Shown piece after piece: positions 1-9,686 of a DNA stretch of 64,000 nucleotides. The notes below the pieces were generated by a model. It searched no databases and was not told the origin of the DNA. It saw only the letters and a program-made list of their open reading frames with translations. The stretch is taken from positions 89,911 through 153,910 of the forward strand of contig CAZKYI010000003.1 in NCBI GenBank assembly GCA_964557005.1. The letters are read 5' to 3'. The position numbers and the translations under genes are program-made. This stretch comes from an uncultured Pseudomonadales bacterium (GTDB taxonomy: Bacteria > Pseudomonadota > Gammaproteobacteria > Pseudomonadales > JBECKS01). Position 1 is the stretch's first letter. The number at the start of each line of letters is the position of its first letter.

Positions 1-236
1 TCAACCGCTTCATTTCCGCGCGACATGGCATTGCCAATAATCACCAAATCAGGTTTTTGGTTGAATTGTTCAACATCGTAACCCTGATGAATGTGAATAC
101 CCTGCTGTTCCAGTTGCGTACTCATCGGTGGATAAACATTTAAATCGCAGCCACTGACTTCATAGCCCATTTCACGTGCCAGCAGCGCAAGACTCCCCAT
201 AAAGGTGCCACAAATCCCCAGAAAATGTAGGTGCAT
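1..236 (-). CDS. mpl: UDP-N-acetylmuramate:L-alanyl-gamma-D-glutamyl-meso-diaminopimelate ligase, N-terminal fragment (gene runs off the window start)
   Basis: Own translation of the minus strand from the ATG at 236-234 gives MHLHFLGICGTFMGSLALLAREMGYEVSGCDLNVYPPMSTQLEQQGIHIHQGYDVEQFNQKPDLVIIGNAMSRGNEAV, a typical Mpl/Mur-ligase N-terminus. It is absent from the ORF track because it is truncated by the window edge. Confidence 0.7.
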   Translation of the reverse strand, partial: MHLHFLGICGTFMGSLALLAREMGYEVSGCDLNVYPPMSTQLEQQGIHIHQGYDVEQFNQKPDLVIIGNAMSRGNEAV

Positions 237-372
237 AAATCTCCCGAACTACAGGTGAAACGTCTGGCTTGCATGCAAAGTTTTACCAAACGCAGTAGAA
301 TCACCGCACTTGTCAGAGCGCCATTCTAGTCAAAGCTCACACTCAACAACAACGCCTTAAACGGGAAAATCC

Positions 373-1644
373 ATGTCGAATCCGAAAAACGCCTTTTACG
401 CTCAATCTGGCGGCGTGACTGCTGTGATCAACGCAACTGCATGCGGACTGATTGAAACCGCCCGTCAATATCCGCACAAAATCGGCAAGGTGCTGGCGGG
501 TAAAAATGGCATCACCGGTGCTTTAAAAGAAGAGCTGATTGATACCAGCCTCGAAAGTGCTGCTGACATTGCAGCATTACGTCACACCCCCAGCGGTGCC
601 TTTGGTTCTTGCAGACACAAATTGAAATCGCTGAATGAAGACACCCGGGAATACCAACGCATACTGGATGTTTTTCAGGCGCATGACATTGGCTATTTCT
701 TTTACAACGGGGGTGGCGATTCACAAGACACTGCCAACAAAATTGCGCAATACAGCAAGACAATGGGCGCACCCATTCAATGTATTGGTATTCCCAAAAC
801 CATCGACAATGATTTGCCGCTAACCGATAACTGCCCGGGATTTGGCTCAGTCGCCAAATATGTGAATGTGTCCGTGATGGAAGCAGGGCTTGATACCGCC
901 TCCATGTGTGACTCTTCAACCAAGGTTTTTATTCTGGAAGTGATGGGTCGCCACGCAGGCTGGATTGCAGCCTCGGCAGGACTTGCATCACAGGCCGAAG
1001 GCCAACCGCCGCATATTATTTTGTTTCCCGAAGTTGCTTTCGATGAAGTGAAATTTCTTGCCAAAGTAAAAGAGTCTGTTGTGCGTTTTGGTTATTGTGT
1101 GATTGTCGCCTCGGAAGGTACGCGTTATGCGAGCGGCCGTGACATTAATGCTTCTGCCTCCAAAGATGCCTTTGGTCATAAACAACTCGGTGGCGTTGCA
1201 CCGATTCTGGCTGCACTGATTAAAAAAGAATTGGGCTACAAATATCACTGGGCATTAGCAGATTATTTGCAGCGCTCTGCACGTCATATCTCTTCAAAAA
1301 CCGATGTCGAACAAGCCTATGCACTGGGCAAGGCAGCAGTGGAATTTGCACTGGCTGGCAAAACCGCTGTAATGCCCACCATTGTGCGTGAAAGTGATGA
1401 ACCCTATCGCTGGTCGATTGGTGAAGGTTTGCTTTCAGAAGCGGCTAACATCGAAAAACTGATGCCTGACGATTTCATCAGTGAAGATGGTTTTGGCATT
1501 ACTGAAAAAGCCAAACGCTATTTTCGCCCACTCATCGCAGGTGAAGATTATCCACCCTATGATGAAAACGGTTTACCAAAATATATTCGCCTGAAAAATA
1601 ATCTGGTCGCCAAAAAAACAGGCGTGGATTATTTGTTGAAATAG
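373..1644 (+). CDS. pfkA: 6-phosphofructokinase, long (about 420 aa) PfkA-family enzyme of the type that is often pyrophosphate-dependent
   Basis: ATG start. Motifs: SGGVTAVINA N-terminus, GGGDS, PKTIDND and MGRHAGW. The 423-aa length matches the long proteobacterial PFK group. Confidence 0.8.
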   Translation: MSNPKNAFYAQSGGVTAVINATACGLIETARQYPHKIGKVLAGKNGITGALKEELIDTSLESAADIAALRHTPSGAFGSCRHKLKSLNEDTREYQRILDVFQAHDIGYFFYNGGGDSQDTANKIAQYSKTMGAPIQCIGIPKTIDNDLPLTDNCPGFGSVAKYVNVSVMEAGLDTASMCDSSTKVFILEVMGRHAGWIAASAGLASQAEGQPPHIILFPEVAFDEVKFLAKVKESVVRFGYCVIVASEGTRYASGRDINASASKDAFGHKQLGGVAPILAALIKKELGYKYHWALADYLQRSARHISSKTDVEQAYALGKAAVEFALAGKTAVMPTIVRESDEPYRWSIGEGLLSEAANIEKLMPDDFISEDGFGITEKAKRYFRPLIAGEDYPPYDENGLPKYIRLKNNLVAKKTGVDYLLK

Positions 1645-1655
1645 ATAGAAATACA

Positions 1656-1678
1656 ACTTGTGCAAAATTTGCACAAGT
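1656..1678 (+). terminator. Hairpin downstream of pfk (ACTTGTGCAAA-A-TTTGCACAAGT), likely terminator
   Basis: Perfect 11-nt inverted arms 12 nt after the stop codon. There is no strong U-tract, so efficiency is uncertain. Confidence 0.45.
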
Positions 1679-1745
1679 TCGGAAAGAAAGTAATAGAATA
1701 GAAAACTACTGGATTTGATTCAGCCATAATCAGGAGACATTCACC

Positions 1746-2576
1746 ATGAAACTCAAACTTCTCATCAGCAGCTTGTTATTTGCCTTCTCTTGCACTGTGT
1801 TTGCAGAAATTCAAACCAGAGAAGTGAATTACGAACTCAATGGCGTAAAGCTGAAAGGCTTGATGGCCTGGGATAACTCAAGCAAGCAAAAACGCCCTGG
1901 TGTATTGGTTGTTCACGAATGGTGGGGTGCTAATGATTATGCGCGCAAACGTGCCATTGATTTGGCAAAAGAAGGGTATGTCGGGTTTGCACTGGACATG
2001 TATGGCGATAACAAGGTAGCCACTCACCCTGATGATGCAGGAAAATTCGCAACCGAAATCATGTCACGTTATGACGAAATGCTCGCGCGTTTTAATGCAG
2101 GCAAGGCTGAACTCAAACAATCCGAATGGGTTGATGTAAATAACATTGGTGCTATTGGTTACTGCTTTGGTGGCGCAGTGGTGCTCAATGTTGCGCGTAG
2201 TGACAATGAACTCAAGGGTGTAGTGAGTTTTCACGGCAATCTGGACAGCATGAAAAATAATGACAGCAAAATTACTACCGCCATACTGGTTTTAAATGGT
2301 GCAGATGATCCTTTTGTGAAGGCAGAAAGTATTGAAGCGTTCAAACTTGAAATGGAATCACGTGATGCCAATTACAGTTTTATCAATTATGCGGGCGCTA
2401 CACACAGCTTTACCAATCCGAATGCTGATGCAGTTGGCAAGCAATATGGCATGCCTTTGGCGTATAACAAAAAAGTTGATAAGGAAAGCTGGAAAGAAAT
2501 GAAACAGTTTTTCGCGAAGGCTTTTAACAGCAAGGAAAAATCTGGCTCACCTGCCCCACGCGCAACAAAATATTAA
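1746..2576 (+). CDS. Secreted dienelactone hydrolase family protein
   Basis: N-terminal signal peptide (MKLKLLISSLLFAFSCTVFA), a VLVVHEWWG motif, nucleophile motif GYCFGG, and C-terminal ATHSF. Confidence 0.8.
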   Translation: MKLKLLISSLLFAFSCTVFAEIQTREVNYELNGVKLKGLMAWDNSSKQKRPGVLVVHEWWGANDYARKRAIDLAKEGYVGFALDMYGDNKVATHPDDAGKFATEIMSRYDEMLARFNAGKAELKQSEWVDVNNIGAIGYCFGGAVVLNVARSDNELKGVVSFHGNLDSMKNNDSKITTAILVLNGADDPFVKAESIEAFKLEMESRDANYSFINYAGATHSFTNPNADAVGKQYGMPLAYNKKVDKESWKEMKQFFAKAFNSKEKSGSPAPRATKY

Positions 2577-2585
2577 CCCAAAGCG

Positions 2586-3104
2586 CTAAACATAACTCGG
2601 CGCGGAAACCGGTTTGGGTGTAAATAATTTTGCTTCACGAAAATATCGTACCCGACAATGATTTCCGCGTTCGTTTTTACCAAAGAAAACAAAACCTGAG
2701 GTTGGCGTTTCGCCAGTATTGAGTGTTTGTTTTAACAGCTCGTTTTCTATTTCCATAATCACACCAATCACATAATCCCCTTGTTGCCAGCGCGCTTCCA
2801 GTTCGGCAGGAATACGTTTTGACATCACACGTGCAATGGAATCCTTTCGGTATTTTTCAGCAACAAAAATCCTCATATACCAAAACCATGATTCAAGCTG
2901 CTGGTTAAATTGTTCATAAATGGTAGAAACACCCACCAGCTCATTGGTGCTGTTCAAACGCGCAACACCCGCTAATTGTTTCAGGCGTGCTTCCATCATT
3001 GGCTCTGGCAAGGCAGCTTCTCTTTTCCAGAGCGCCAACACATCGGCTTTGTCCTGCTCGCTTGCATTTTGCCAAACCCAATCGACTCTATAATTTTCAG
3101 ACAT
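2586..3104 (-). CDS. Hypothetical protein (172 aa), possibly GNAT-like fold
   Basis: Clean ORF filling the gap between flanking genes. I recognise no diagnostic motif. Confidence 0.45.
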   Translation of the reverse strand: MSENYRVDWVWQNASEQDKADVLALWKREAALPEPMMEARLKQLAGVARLNSTNELVGVSTIYEQFNQQLESWFWYMRIFVAEKYRKDSIARVMSKRIPAELEARWQQGDYVIGVIMEIENELLKQTLNTGETPTSGFVFFGKNERGNHCRVRYFREAKLFTPKPVSAPSYV

Positions 3105-3255
3105 ATTGCTTTCCTGTTATGGTTTTATCGTGATGATTTAAACCAATCCACCTGTAAATGTCATTATCCTGTATATGGGTGATGAAGTGCACAGCCCTGC
3201 TGGCTAGAATTTCTTCGTCATATTCAAAGGGTCAATCCAACCCATCGGGAAAGTT

Positions 3256-4134
3256 ATGAATAAAATCATTTCTGCACAAGCCGCAGTCAAACAACTGGCC
3301 AGTGGTATGACCATTGGCATTGGCGGCTGGGGGCCTCGCCGTAAACCTATGGCGCTGATTCGTGAAATCCTTCGCTCTGATTTGAAAGACCTTACCCTGG
3401 TCTCTTACGGCGGTGCCGATGTCGGCATGTTGTGCGCCGCAGGCAAAGTGAAGAAGGTGGTATTTGCTTTTGTGTCGCTCGATTTTATTCCACTGGAACC
3501 TTACTTTCGCATCGCCCGCCAAAATGGCGACATCGAAGTGATGGAAATTGATGAAGGCATGATGCGCCTCGGACTTCGCGCCGCCGCCGAACGCGTGCCT
3601 TTCATGCCCACCCTGATTGGTCTGGGTACCGATGTGCTCACCACCAACCCTGACATCAAGACCATTGTTTCACCCTATGCCGATGGCAAGGAACTGGTGG
3701 CCATGCCCGCCCTGAAACTCGACGCTTCGCTGATTCATGTGGATCGCGCTGATTCGCGCGGGGTGTGCCAGATAGCAGGCCCCGACCACTACTTTGATGA
3801 TTTATTTGCACGCGCAGCCGACAAGACTTTTGTCTCTTGCGATGAGATTGTCGAAACCCGATTCTTTGCCGATCCACAACAGGCGCGTAATGTGTTCTGG
3901 GAACGCAGTGAAACCACCGCCGTGATTCCTGTGGCAGGAGGCGCACACCCTTCTTCCTGTGCTCCTTTATATGGCTATGATGCCAAACACTTTCAGGAAT
4001 ATGCTGCCAGTGCGAAAGACGAAAATGGCTGGCAAGCCTATGTTGCACGCTACGTGCAATGCAGCGAAGCTGAATACATCGAAAAAGTGGGCGGGCTTGA
4101 TGCCATCAGACAACTGCCACTGCCCGTTTTCTAG
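3256..4134 (+). CDS. ipdA: CoA-transferase subunit A, IpdA/ScdL1-like (steroid C/D-ring degradation)
   Basis: SGMTIGIGGWGPRRKPMAL and EIDEGMMRLGLRAAA motifs of glutaconate-CoA-transferase-type alpha subunits. It is followed by a B subunit and sits in a HIP-type gene context. Confidence 0.65.
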   Translation: MNKIISAQAAVKQLASGMTIGIGGWGPRRKPMALIREILRSDLKDLTLVSYGGADVGMLCAAGKVKKVVFAFVSLDFIPLEPYFRIARQNGDIEVMEIDEGMMRLGLRAAAERVPFMPTLIGLGTDVLTTNPDIKTIVSPYADGKELVAMPALKLDASLIHVDRADSRGVCQIAGPDHYFDDLFARAADKTFVSCDEIVETRFFADPQQARNVFWERSETTAVIPVAGGAHPSSCAPLYGYDAKHFQEYAASAKDENGWQAYVARYVQCSEAEYIEKVGGLDAIRQLPLPVF

Positions 4135-4148
4135 GCGAGGAGCGACAC

Positions 4149-4913
4149 ATGAATTACACACTGGTTGATTTGATTATTTGCGCCGCCGCCAACACCTGGA
4201 AAAACGAAGGCGAAGTGCTTGCCACAGGCATCGGCGTAGTCCCCCGTCTTGCGGCTTCGCTGTGCATGTTAAGCATCAATAAGGATTTGATGATGACCGA
4301 TTCAGAGGCTTACATGGTATCGGAACCTGTACCGATAGGTGCAAGGCAGGCAGGCTTTGAACCCAGATTTGAAAGCTGGATGGGGTTTTCGCGTATTTTT
4401 GACAATGTTTGGGGCGGTAAACGTCATGCGCTGGTTGGCCCCACGCAGGTGGATCGTTTCGGACAGGCCAATATTTCAGCGGTTGGCGGCACTCATGCAC
4501 AACCGAAAGTACAAATGCTTGGTGTACGTGGTTTTCCTGGCAATTCCATTAACCATGCCAATTCCTTTTTTATTCCTGCACACAGCAAAAAAGTGTTTGT
4601 AGAAGGCGAATGTGATGTGGTGTGTTCGGTAGGCTACAACCCTGCACGCTTGCCCAAAGGCTATGATTTAAACGACATCAAAATAGGCTATGTGTATACC
4701 AATCTGTGTGTGATGGATTTCGGTGGCAAGCAACATCAACTGCGTCTGCGCTCACTTCATCCCGATGTGAAAGTGGAAGAGGTGATTGAGAACACCGGAT
4801 TTGAAATTGAAATCCCTGATGATGTAACTGTTACGCCAGAACCAACAGATGCACAGATGATGTTAATTAAAGAACTTGATCCACATAATCTAAGAGCAGG
4901 AGTGATGCGTTAG
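4149..4913 (+). CDS. ipdB: CoA-transferase subunit B, IpdB/ScdL2-like
   Basis: Lies immediately downstream of the A subunit. Size (254 aa) and context match the beta subunit of the heteromeric IpdAB-type enzyme. Confidence 0.6.
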   Translation: MNYTLVDLIICAAANTWKNEGEVLATGIGVVPRLAASLCMLSINKDLMMTDSEAYMVSEPVPIGARQAGFEPRFESWMGFSRIFDNVWGGKRHALVGPTQVDRFGQANISAVGGTHAQPKVQMLGVRGFPGNSINHANSFFIPAHSKKVFVEGECDVVCSVGYNPARLPKGYDLNDIKIGYVYTNLCVMDFGGKQHQLRLRSLHPDVKVEEVIENTGFEIEIPDDVTVTPEPTDAQMMLIKELDPHNLRAGVMR

Positions 4914-4915
4914 TG

Positions 4916-5344
4916 ATGAGCAAACCACAAGTCGCTGCATTGGAAAACTGGTTCACGCTGGATAAAAACCAGCCGCATTTACTTGGCAGCAAGTGTTGTG
5001 CTTGCGGCACCTATTATTTTCCTGCGGCGACAGTTTTCTGCAAAAACCCTGCCTGCGAAAGCGAAACCTTTGAACAAGTACAACTCAGTCGCACGGGTAA
5101 ATTATGGTCGTTTACCAATGCTTGTTATAAACCACCTGAACCTTTTATCGCCGCCGAACCTTTCGAGCCTTACGCCATCGCTGCCGTAGAACTGGAAAAA
5201 GAAAAAATGACGGTGCTCGGCCAGGTAGTTACAGGTGTTGGCGTTGAACAATTAAAAGCAGGCATGGAAATGGAATTGGTGCTGGAAACACTGTTTGAAG
5301 ATGCAGACAGTGAAAAACTCACCTGGAAGTGGAAACCTGTTTAG
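4916..5344 (+). CDS. DUF35 OB-fold / zinc-ribbon acyl-CoA-associated protein
   Basis: CxxC...CxxC zinc ribbon (CCACGTYYFPAATVFCKNPAC) followed by an OB-fold-like C-terminus, paired with a thiolase-like gene. The track start at 4913 is GTG and overlaps the ipdB stop, so I prefer the ATG at 4916. Confidence 0.7.
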   Translation: MSKPQVAALENWFTLDKNQPHLLGSKCCACGTYYFPAATVFCKNPACESETFEQVQLSRTGKLWSFTNACYKPPEPFIAAEPFEPYAIAAVELEKEKMTVLGQVVTGVGVEQLKAGMEMELVLETLFEDADSEKLTWKWKPV

Positions 5345-5375
5345 ACAGATAACAGTGTCATTCTGAGGAAACCAT

Positions 5376-6557
5376 ATGACAAACGAAATCGCCATACTGG
5401 GCGCAGGCATGCACCCCTGGGGCAAATGGGGGCTTAACTTCGTGGAGTACGGCGTTAAAGCCGCGCGTGCTGCTCTCAAAGAAGCAGGTGTGAACTGGAA
5501 AGACATTCAGTTTGTTTCAGGCGCTGCCACCATTCGTAATGGCTATCCCGGGCAAGTCGCTGGTGCCACTTTTGCGCAAGCTCTGGGTTGGCAAGGTGCA
5601 GAGGTAAATACCTCCTATGCAGCCTGTGCCTCAGGCTCTCAGGCGCTCGCTGCTGCCAGAACAAAAATACTCAGCGGACAATGTGATGTCGCACTGGTGA
5701 TTGGCGCTGATACCACACCCAAAGGTTTTCTGGCACCTGCCAAAGGTGATCGCCCTGATGATCCTGACTGGGTGCGTTTTCGTTTAGGCATCACCAATCC
5801 AACTTATTTTGGTTTGTATGCACGTCGTCGCATGGAAATCTATGGCGACACTCAGGAAGATTTTGCGCGCGTTAAAGTGAAAAATGCCGCCAATGGTTTT
5901 ACCAATCCCTACGCACGTTATAAAAAGAAGTTCACGCTGGAAGATGTGGCCGCTTCGGCGATGGTGGCAGACCCATTGCGCTTAATGGACATCTGCGCCA
6001 CCTCTGATGGTGCAGCCGCGCTGATTGTTTCAAGTCTGGATTACGCAAAAAAAATCGGGCGTGCCAATGCCGTGAAAGTTGCAGCGATTTCTACTGTAAC
6101 ACCGACCTTTGCTTCCTCGCTGGTTGAAATGCCCGACATTGCAACCGATTCTGCCGCTGCGGTTAATGCAGTCAGTTTTCGCGCGCAACTCCCTGTTAAG
6201 GCCTATGAAGAAGCTGGCATTGCACCAAACGATGTGAGCCTTGCCGAAGTGTATGATCTTTCCACTGCACTGGAACTGGACTGGATGGAAGATTTACAAC
6301 TGTGCAAGCGCGGCGAAGCGGCACAGTTGTTAAGAAACGGTGACACCCAGATTACTGGGCGTATTCCTGTGAACGCCAGTGGAGGCTTGGCCTGTTTTGG
6401 TGAGGCCGTACCTGCTCAGGCCATTGCGCAGGTGTGCCATTTGAAATGGCAATTAGCGGGTCAAGCAGGCGATATGCAAGTCGCCAATGCCAAAGTAGGT
6501 ATTACTGCCAATCAGGGTTTGTTTGGCCACGGTTCTTCGGTGATTTTGAAAAGATAA
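5376..6557 (+). CDS. Thiolase-like / SCP-x-type lipid-transfer protein (DUF35 partner)
   Basis: Thiolase fold with the nucleophile context SYAACASGSQAL and C-terminal NASGGLACFGE. Classic DUF35-thiolase gene pair. Confidence 0.7.
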   Translation: MTNEIAILGAGMHPWGKWGLNFVEYGVKAARAALKEAGVNWKDIQFVSGAATIRNGYPGQVAGATFAQALGWQGAEVNTSYAACASGSQALAAARTKILSGQCDVALVIGADTTPKGFLAPAKGDRPDDPDWVRFRLGITNPTYFGLYARRRMEIYGDTQEDFARVKVKNAANGFTNPYARYKKKFTLEDVAASAMVADPLRLMDICATSDGAAALIVSSLDYAKKIGRANAVKVAAISTVTPTFASSLVEMPDIATDSAAAVNAVSFRAQLPVKAYEEAGIAPNDVSLAEVYDLSTALELDWMEDLQLCKRGEAAQLLRNGDTQITGRIPVNASGGLACFGEAVPAQAIAQVCHLKWQLAGQAGDMQVANAKVGITANQGLFGHGSSVILKR

Positions 6558-6564
6558 CAAAACC

Positions 6565-7623
6565 ATGCATCAGGCACTCAATACAGAACTAACAAAGCTA
6601 TTAGGTTGCCGCTACCCGATTGTGCAAACCGCCATGGGTTGGGTGGCCGATCCAAAACTGGTAGCTGCTACTTGCAATGCAGGTGGTTTTGGTTTTCTCG
6701 CTGGCGCAACCATGCCACCCGATGAAGTCGAAAAACAGATTCTGCAAACCAAAGCGCTCACCAACAATCCTTTCGGCATGAACTACCACATGTATCAGGC
6801 CAATGCCGAAGAAATTACTGATTTAGTCATTAAACACGGCATACGCGCAGTGAGTTATTCACGCTCACCCGGCCCTGCGCTGATTAAAAAACTCAAAGAT
6901 GCTGGCGTGGTGTGCATGCCTACGGTTGGTCTGGTGAAACACGCTGTTAAAGCGGTGGAGCTGGGTGCCGATGTCATCACCATTCAAGGTGGTGAAGGCG
7001 GTGGCCACACTGGCCCCATTCCCACCAACATTGTGTTGCCACAAGTGCTGGATGCCGTAAAGGTTCCTGTGGTTGCCTGCGGCGGTTTTAAAGATGGCAG
7101 AGGTTTGGCTGCAGCACTTGCCTATGGCGCGTGCGGCATTGCAATGGGCACACGCTTTTTAATGAGCAAGGAAAGCCCTGTACCTGCGCAAACACTTGAA
7201 CGCTATGTGCAAGTAAAAAATCCGGCTGATGTGATTGTTTCGACAGCAGTTGATGGCATGCCACAGCGTATGATTATGAATGAATTTCTGGCACAACTTG
7301 AACACGCAAACGCACTGAGCAAATTGTTATTTGCCATGAAGAATGCACTGGCTTTTCGTCAATACACTGGCGCATCGATAAGCAGTTTATTGAAGGCGTT
7401 GCTGGTTTCACTCAGGGAAGATGGCCTCACACCTGCGCAGGCAATTATGCAGGCCAATGCGCCGATGGTGATTCAAAAAGCAATGGTCGAAGGCAAGCCT
7501 GCCGAGGGCGTACTACCGAGTGGTCAGATTTCAGGCGCAATCAGCAGTCTGGAATCCTGCGAAGACATTATTAAAAACATTATTGCAGAAGCCGAAGCAC
7601 GTCTTGCTGCGCTGCAAGCCTGA
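6565..7623 (+). CDS. Nitronate monooxygenase / FMN-dependent enoyl reductase family, IpdC-like
   Basis: Motifs YPIVQTAMGWV, IQGGEGGGHTG and CGGF...GTRF, typical of the NMO/FabK family. Its position next to ipdAB and an enoyl-CoA hydratase parallels the actinobacterial KstR2 regulon. Confidence 0.7.
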   Translation: MHQALNTELTKLLGCRYPIVQTAMGWVADPKLVAATCNAGGFGFLAGATMPPDEVEKQILQTKALTNNPFGMNYHMYQANAEEITDLVIKHGIRAVSYSRSPGPALIKKLKDAGVVCMPTVGLVKHAVKAVELGADVITIQGGEGGGHTGPIPTNIVLPQVLDAVKVPVVACGGFKDGRGLAAALAYGACGIAMGTRFLMSKESPVPAQTLERYVQVKNPADVIVSTAVDGMPQRMIMNEFLAQLEHANALSKLLFAMKNALAFRQYTGASISSLLKALLVSLREDGLTPAQAIMQANAPMVIQKAMVEGKPAEGVLPSGQISGAISSLESCEDIIKNIIAEAEARLAALQA

Positions 7624-7653
7624 CAGGGAAGTAAAATAACAAGAGGAAATACC

Positions 7654-8424
7654 ATGACTGATTTATCCAACGAATTACCTTTTAAAACCACCATCAAAAA
7701 CGGTATTGCCGAATTGATTTTCGACAAGCCTCCCGTCAATGCTTTCAGCAGTTTTGGCTGGCTTGCGATTGCTGAAGAAATCACTGCACTGGGGCTTAAC
7801 CCTGCGGTGCGCGTAATTATTATCGCCGCAGAAGGCAAGGGCTTTTGTGCGGGTGTCGATATTAAAGAACTGGCAAAAGATGGCTCACTGATTACGCGCG
7901 TGAACAAAGGTAATTACGATACTTTCGCTGCGATTCATCGTAACCCGAAACCTGTGATTGCTGCGGTGCATGGTTTTGTACTCGGCGGTGGCATTGGCGT
8001 GAGTGGCGCAGCGGATATTATTGTCGCTTCTGAATGCGCAAGGTTTGCCGTGCCCGAAGTTGATCGTGGCGCGATGGGCGGCGGTGCTCACCTGCAACGC
8101 ATGTTCCCTGTGCAAAAAGTGCGTTACATGTATTTTACAGGTGAAGCCATTGATGCGCAGGAGGCTTGGCGTTTGGGTGCAGTGGAAAGAGTCGTTCCAC
8201 GTGACAAATTGTTAGATACCGCGCGTGAGATTGCTGCAAAAATTGCGCAGAAAAGCCCCGCCATGATTAAACTCGCCAAAGAAGCTCTAACTGGCATTGA
8301 AGATGGCAATCTGGAAGACAAGTATCGCTGGGAACAAGGGTTTACGCTGGAAGCTTATAACGATAAAGATTCACAGGAAGCGCGCGATGCCTTTGTTCAG
8401 AAGAGAGAAGCGGATTTTAAATAG
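7654..8424 (+). CDS. Enoyl-CoA hydratase/isomerase (crotonase), EchA20/ScdN-like by context
   Basis: Crotonase motifs FCAGVDIKE and AAVHGFVLGGG. Confidence 0.75.
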   Translation: MTDLSNELPFKTTIKNGIAELIFDKPPVNAFSSFGWLAIAEEITALGLNPAVRVIIIAAEGKGFCAGVDIKELAKDGSLITRVNKGNYDTFAAIHRNPKPVIAAVHGFVLGGGIGVSGAADIIVASECARFAVPEVDRGAMGGGAHLQRMFPVQKVRYMYFTGEAIDAQEAWRLGAVERVVPRDKLLDTAREIAAKIAQKSPAMIKLAKEALTGIEDGNLEDKYRWEQGFTLEAYNDKDSQEARDAFVQKREADFK

Positions 8425-8433
8425 TTTAAGTAC

Positions 8434-8497
8434 GTCATCCTGAGTCACATAATGACGAAGGATCTCGAATAGATTCTTCACTAACGTTCAGAATGAC
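8434..8497. repeat. Inverted pair of REP-like units (GTCATCCTGAG...GAAGGATCTC and its inverted relative GTCATTCTGAACGTTAGTGAAGAATCTA)
   Basis: Copy A is at 8434-8466 and copy B, inverted, at 8471-8497. Both lie in the intergenic gap and together can form a long hairpin. Confidence 0.6.
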
Positions 8498-8519
8498 AAG
8501 TAAATAAAGAAACAAAATT

Positions 8520-9683
8520 ATGGAATTAGCCTATACCAAAGCACAACAAGCCTTCCGTGAAGAAATTCGTAGCTGGCTTGCCGCGCATGTCCCCAAACAG
8601 CCTTTGCTTACCTTCGATACTGCCGAAGGTTTCCAACAACACCGTGAATGGGAAGCCACCATGAACAAGGGACGTTGGGGCATGGTCACCTGGCCAAAAG
8701 AACTGGGCGGGCGTGGTCTCGATTTAATTCAATGGCTGATTTTTGAAGAAGAATACTATCGCGCACAAGCGCCCACGCGCGTGAATCAAAATGGTATCTT
8801 CCTGCTCGGTCCCACGCTCATGGAATACGGCACCGAAGCGCAAAAAGCGCGTTATCTGCCAAAAATGGCATCGGGTGAGGAAATCTGGGCACAGGGTTGG
8901 TCGGAACCTGGCGCAGGTTCGGATATGGCAGCCATTCGTTCCAAGGCTGAAAACAAGGGCGACCATTATGTTATCAATGGCCAGAAAACCTGGTCGACAC
9001 GCGCAGCTTTTGCAGACTGGACCTTTGGCATGTTTCGCACCGATCCCGACTCTTCGCGTCACAAGGGGCTCACTTTTATTTTTGTGCCGCTGAATGCCGA
9101 AGGCGTTACCGTGCGCCCTATTCCACAACTGAACGGTCACCCGGGATTTGCGGAAATCTTTTTCGATAATGTGAAAGTGCCTGTTGATAATCGTCTGGGT
9201 GATGAAGGTGCTGGCTGGAATGTCGCGATGTCCACCGCAGGCTTTGAGCGCGGTTTGATGCTTCGCAGCCCTGCCCGTTTTCAGGAAACCGCACGTCGAT
9301 TGGTGAAACTATATCAACAAAATGAAGCCAACATTGATGATGCTTTAATCAAGGAACGCGTATTAAAAGCGTACATGGATGCAGAAGCCTACACACTCAA
9401 CACCTACATGACCGCTTCGCGCCTGATTAACGGTGGTAGCATTGGCCCTGAAACCAGCACTAACAAAATCTTCTGGTCGGAACTCGATCAGCACATGCAC
9501 GAAACCGCCATGAGTATTTTGGGTGCACGCGCAGAACTGGCACCTCATTGTTCTGAAGCGCACGGCGTAGGTAATTGGCTCGATGGGTTTTTGTTCAGCC
9601 AAAGTGGTTTGATTTATGCAGGAACCAACGAAATTCAACGCAACATTATTGCGGAAAGAATGTTGGGAATGCCAAGGGGATAA
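8520..9683 (+). CDS. Acyl-CoA dehydrogenase (387 aa; first gene of adjacent ACAD pair 1)
   Basis: ACAD motifs WAQGWSEPGAGSD and C-terminal YAGTNEIQRNIIAERMLG. Confidence 0.8.
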   Translation: MELAYTKAQQAFREEIRSWLAAHVPKQPLLTFDTAEGFQQHREWEATMNKGRWGMVTWPKELGGRGLDLIQWLIFEEEYYRAQAPTRVNQNGIFLLGPTLMEYGTEAQKARYLPKMASGEEIWAQGWSEPGAGSDMAAIRSKAENKGDHYVINGQKTWSTRAAFADWTFGMFRTDPDSSRHKGLTFIFVPLNAEGVTVRPIPQLNGHPGFAEIFFDNVKVPVDNRLGDEGAGWNVAMSTAGFERGLMLRSPARFQETARRLVKLYQQNEANIDDALIKERVLKAYMDAEAYTLNTYMTASRLINGGSIGPETSTNKIFWSELDQHMHETAMSILGARAELAPHCSEAHGVGNWLDGFLFSQSGLIYAGTNEIQRNIIAERMLGMPRG

Positions 9684-9686
9684 AAA